Shown: positions 62,676-64,000 of the stretch, piece by piece
Numbering within the stretch: position 1 is the first letter of the stretch
How the letters are laid out: the number at the start of each line of letters is the position of its first letter
NCBI GenBank assembly: GCA_963771565.1
Contig: CAVYUB010000006.1
Span: 228,404-292,403, forward strand
Source: an uncultured Acidobacteriaceae bacterium
GTDB taxonomy: Bacteria > Acidobacteriota > Terriglobia > Bryobacterales > Bryobacteraceae
Direction: 5' to 3'
Length of the DNA: 64,000 nt
Made by a program: the position numbers and the translations under genes
The notes under the pieces: generated by a model
Database searches by the model: none
The model's input: the letters and a program-made list of their open reading frames with translations, nothing else
Told to the model about the DNA's origin: nothing

Positions 62676-63878
62676 TTGCTAAAGCGAGTCTTTCGAGCTT
62701 TTGAATATCCGGACTTCCGGCTGATGTGGCTGGGAGCATGCACATCGAGTATCGGCACCTGGATGCAAATCCTGGCGCAGAGTTGGCTCGTGTACAAGCT
62801 TTCGAACTCACCGGTCTATTTGGGTCTGGATGGTTTTCTCGGACAGATTCCTATTTTTCTGTTCTCGCTCTTTGGAGGCGTTTTTGCAGATCGCAGGAGC
62901 CGTCGAACTTTGTTACTGATGTCGCAGATCGTTCAGATGACGTGTGCATTTTTACTCGCGGGGTTGGTCATGACCGGGGTGGTGCGCGTTTGGCATATCT
63001 GGTGCTTGTCTTTCACGGTGGGCCTAGCGCAATCCTTCGGCGGGCCGGCGTATTCGGCGCTCGTCCCTACCCTCGTAAGTAGAGAAGATCTTCGGAACGC
63101 GATTGCATTGAACTCTATTCAGTTCAATTTGGCGAGAGTGGTCGGGCCGATGTTGGGGGGCATTGCGCTGAATAAATTGGGCGCAGCGTGGTGTTTCGGA
63201 CTGAACGGGCTTTCGTTTGTGGCCGTTATTTTTTCATTGCTGATGATTCGCACAAATTTTGTTCCGGAAAAGACGGCGGAGTCGGTGATCGAGAGCATGA
63301 AGGAGGGGATTCGGTTCATACGGCGGCGGGAAGGAATGGCTAGCCTCGTGGCGCTCGCTTTCTGTCTTACACTGTCGTCGTATCCCCTCATTACGTTCTT
63401 GCCGGTCATGGCTCGAGACGTGCTTCACGGCGGCTCCAACACGTTTACATTGCTACTGTGTCTGTCCGGGGCTGGCTCCGTCACGGGAGCGCTTCTAGTA
63501 GCGGGCGTTCAAGACCGAATAGGCCAAGCAAAGCACGCATTATTGATAATGATTCTCCTCGGAGCACTACTCGCGTGTTTCGGCGCGTCCAAGAATCTGG
63601 CATTGAGCGCAGCGCTCGTGTTTGGCGCAGGCGCCGCGTTAATGATCGTGTTTGCGTCGAACTCTTCTTTGGTTCAACTCCATGTCACCGATGCGATGCG
63701 GGGACGCGTGATGAGCGTTTATAACGTTGCATTTCGAGGAGGCATGCCTTTTGGTAGCCTGCTCTCCGGCTTCATGATTAAGGAAACGTCAGCACCGATC
63801 ACGATGATCACGAACGGAGTGCTGGTTATGGTGCTAGCGCTGTACTTCTTGGTTACACGACGGCTTTCAAAGCTGTAA
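62676..63878 (+). CDS. MFS transporter (MFS_3 / EntS-like)
   Basis: The N-terminal signature is FRAFEYPDFRLMWLGACTSSIGTWMQILAQSWLVY, followed by about 12 helices. The apparent start is a TTG. Confidence 0.8.
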   Translation: MLKRVFRAFEYPDFRLMWLGACTSSIGTWMQILAQSWLVYKLSNSPVYLGLDGFLGQIPIFLFSLFGGVFADRRSRRTLLLMSQIVQMTCAFLLAGLVMTGVVRVWHIWCLSFTVGLAQSFGGPAYSALVPTLVSREDLRNAIALNSIQFNLARVVGPMLGGIALNKLGAAWCFGLNGLSFVAVIFSLLMIRTNFVPEKTAESVIESMKEGIRFIRRREGMASLVALAFCLTLSSYPLITFLPVMARDVLHGGSNTFTLLLCLSGAGSVTGALLVAGVQDRIGQAKHALLIMILLGALLACFGASKNLALSAALVFGAGAALMIVFASNSSLVQLHVTDAMRGRVMSVYNVAFRGGMPFGSLLSGFMIKETSAPITMITNGVLVMVLALYFLVTRRLSKL

Positions 63879-64000
63879 CGAATCACAAAGCCTTTTACAA
63901 TAGATTGCAGAATGTCGACCAGATTTTTACGCGCGCTTTTGGCATGTTGCTCGGGCGTGTTCTTGTGCGCGATGACAATCGCAGCCAGTGTTGCGGGCAT

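Noticed and set aside
63719-64000. A minus-strand ORF (93 aa) runs in from the window edge.
   Set aside because: It overlaps the 3' end of the well-supported MFS gene by about 160 nt and has no recognisable family. Only the part beyond 63880 could belong to a real convergent gene cut by the window edge, which is not enough to call.

Overview
This 64-kb chromosomal segment has gene content typical of an Acidobacteriota (Terriglobia-like) genome. That placement is an inference from a carboxypeptidase-regulatory-domain TonB receptor ending ...QLGAKLYF, a CRTAC1/ASPIC-UnbV protein, BshC, and a BamA/SurA-like/TamB block. I can support about 50 protein genes, one tRNA-Leu(CAA) and one clear bidirectional terminator. 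I saw no rRNA, CRISPR array, transposase, integrase or phage genes. Most of the window is housekeeping: outer-membrane biogenesis, accBC, hemW/cyaY/ltaE, bshC, qor, peptidases and transporters. The clearly accessory part starts right after the tRNA-Leu. It is a compact NRPS locus built only from separate pieces. An A-T protein, a free-standing C protein and an Sfp-type PPTase lie on the minus strand, convergent with a Gly-type A-T-TE protein and a translationally coupled GNAT. It is flanked by a Tat-exported plant-type polyphenol oxidase and a CHASE3 hybrid kinase. This is my best candidate for an undescribed system. Other items worth a look are a large CCP/MauG-like dihaem protein next to a GMC flavoenzyme, a B-box-like Cys-rich mini-protein closing a TPR/FecR operon, and a phased ATTGGAT repeat array upstream of the NRPS. 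Major caveat: at least 14 genes carry single-base frame breaks, mostly in short homopolymers and strongly clustered. I label them pseudogene, but uncorrected assembly indels are the more likely cause. All family assignments come from motif reading of the supplied translations; no database search was possible.
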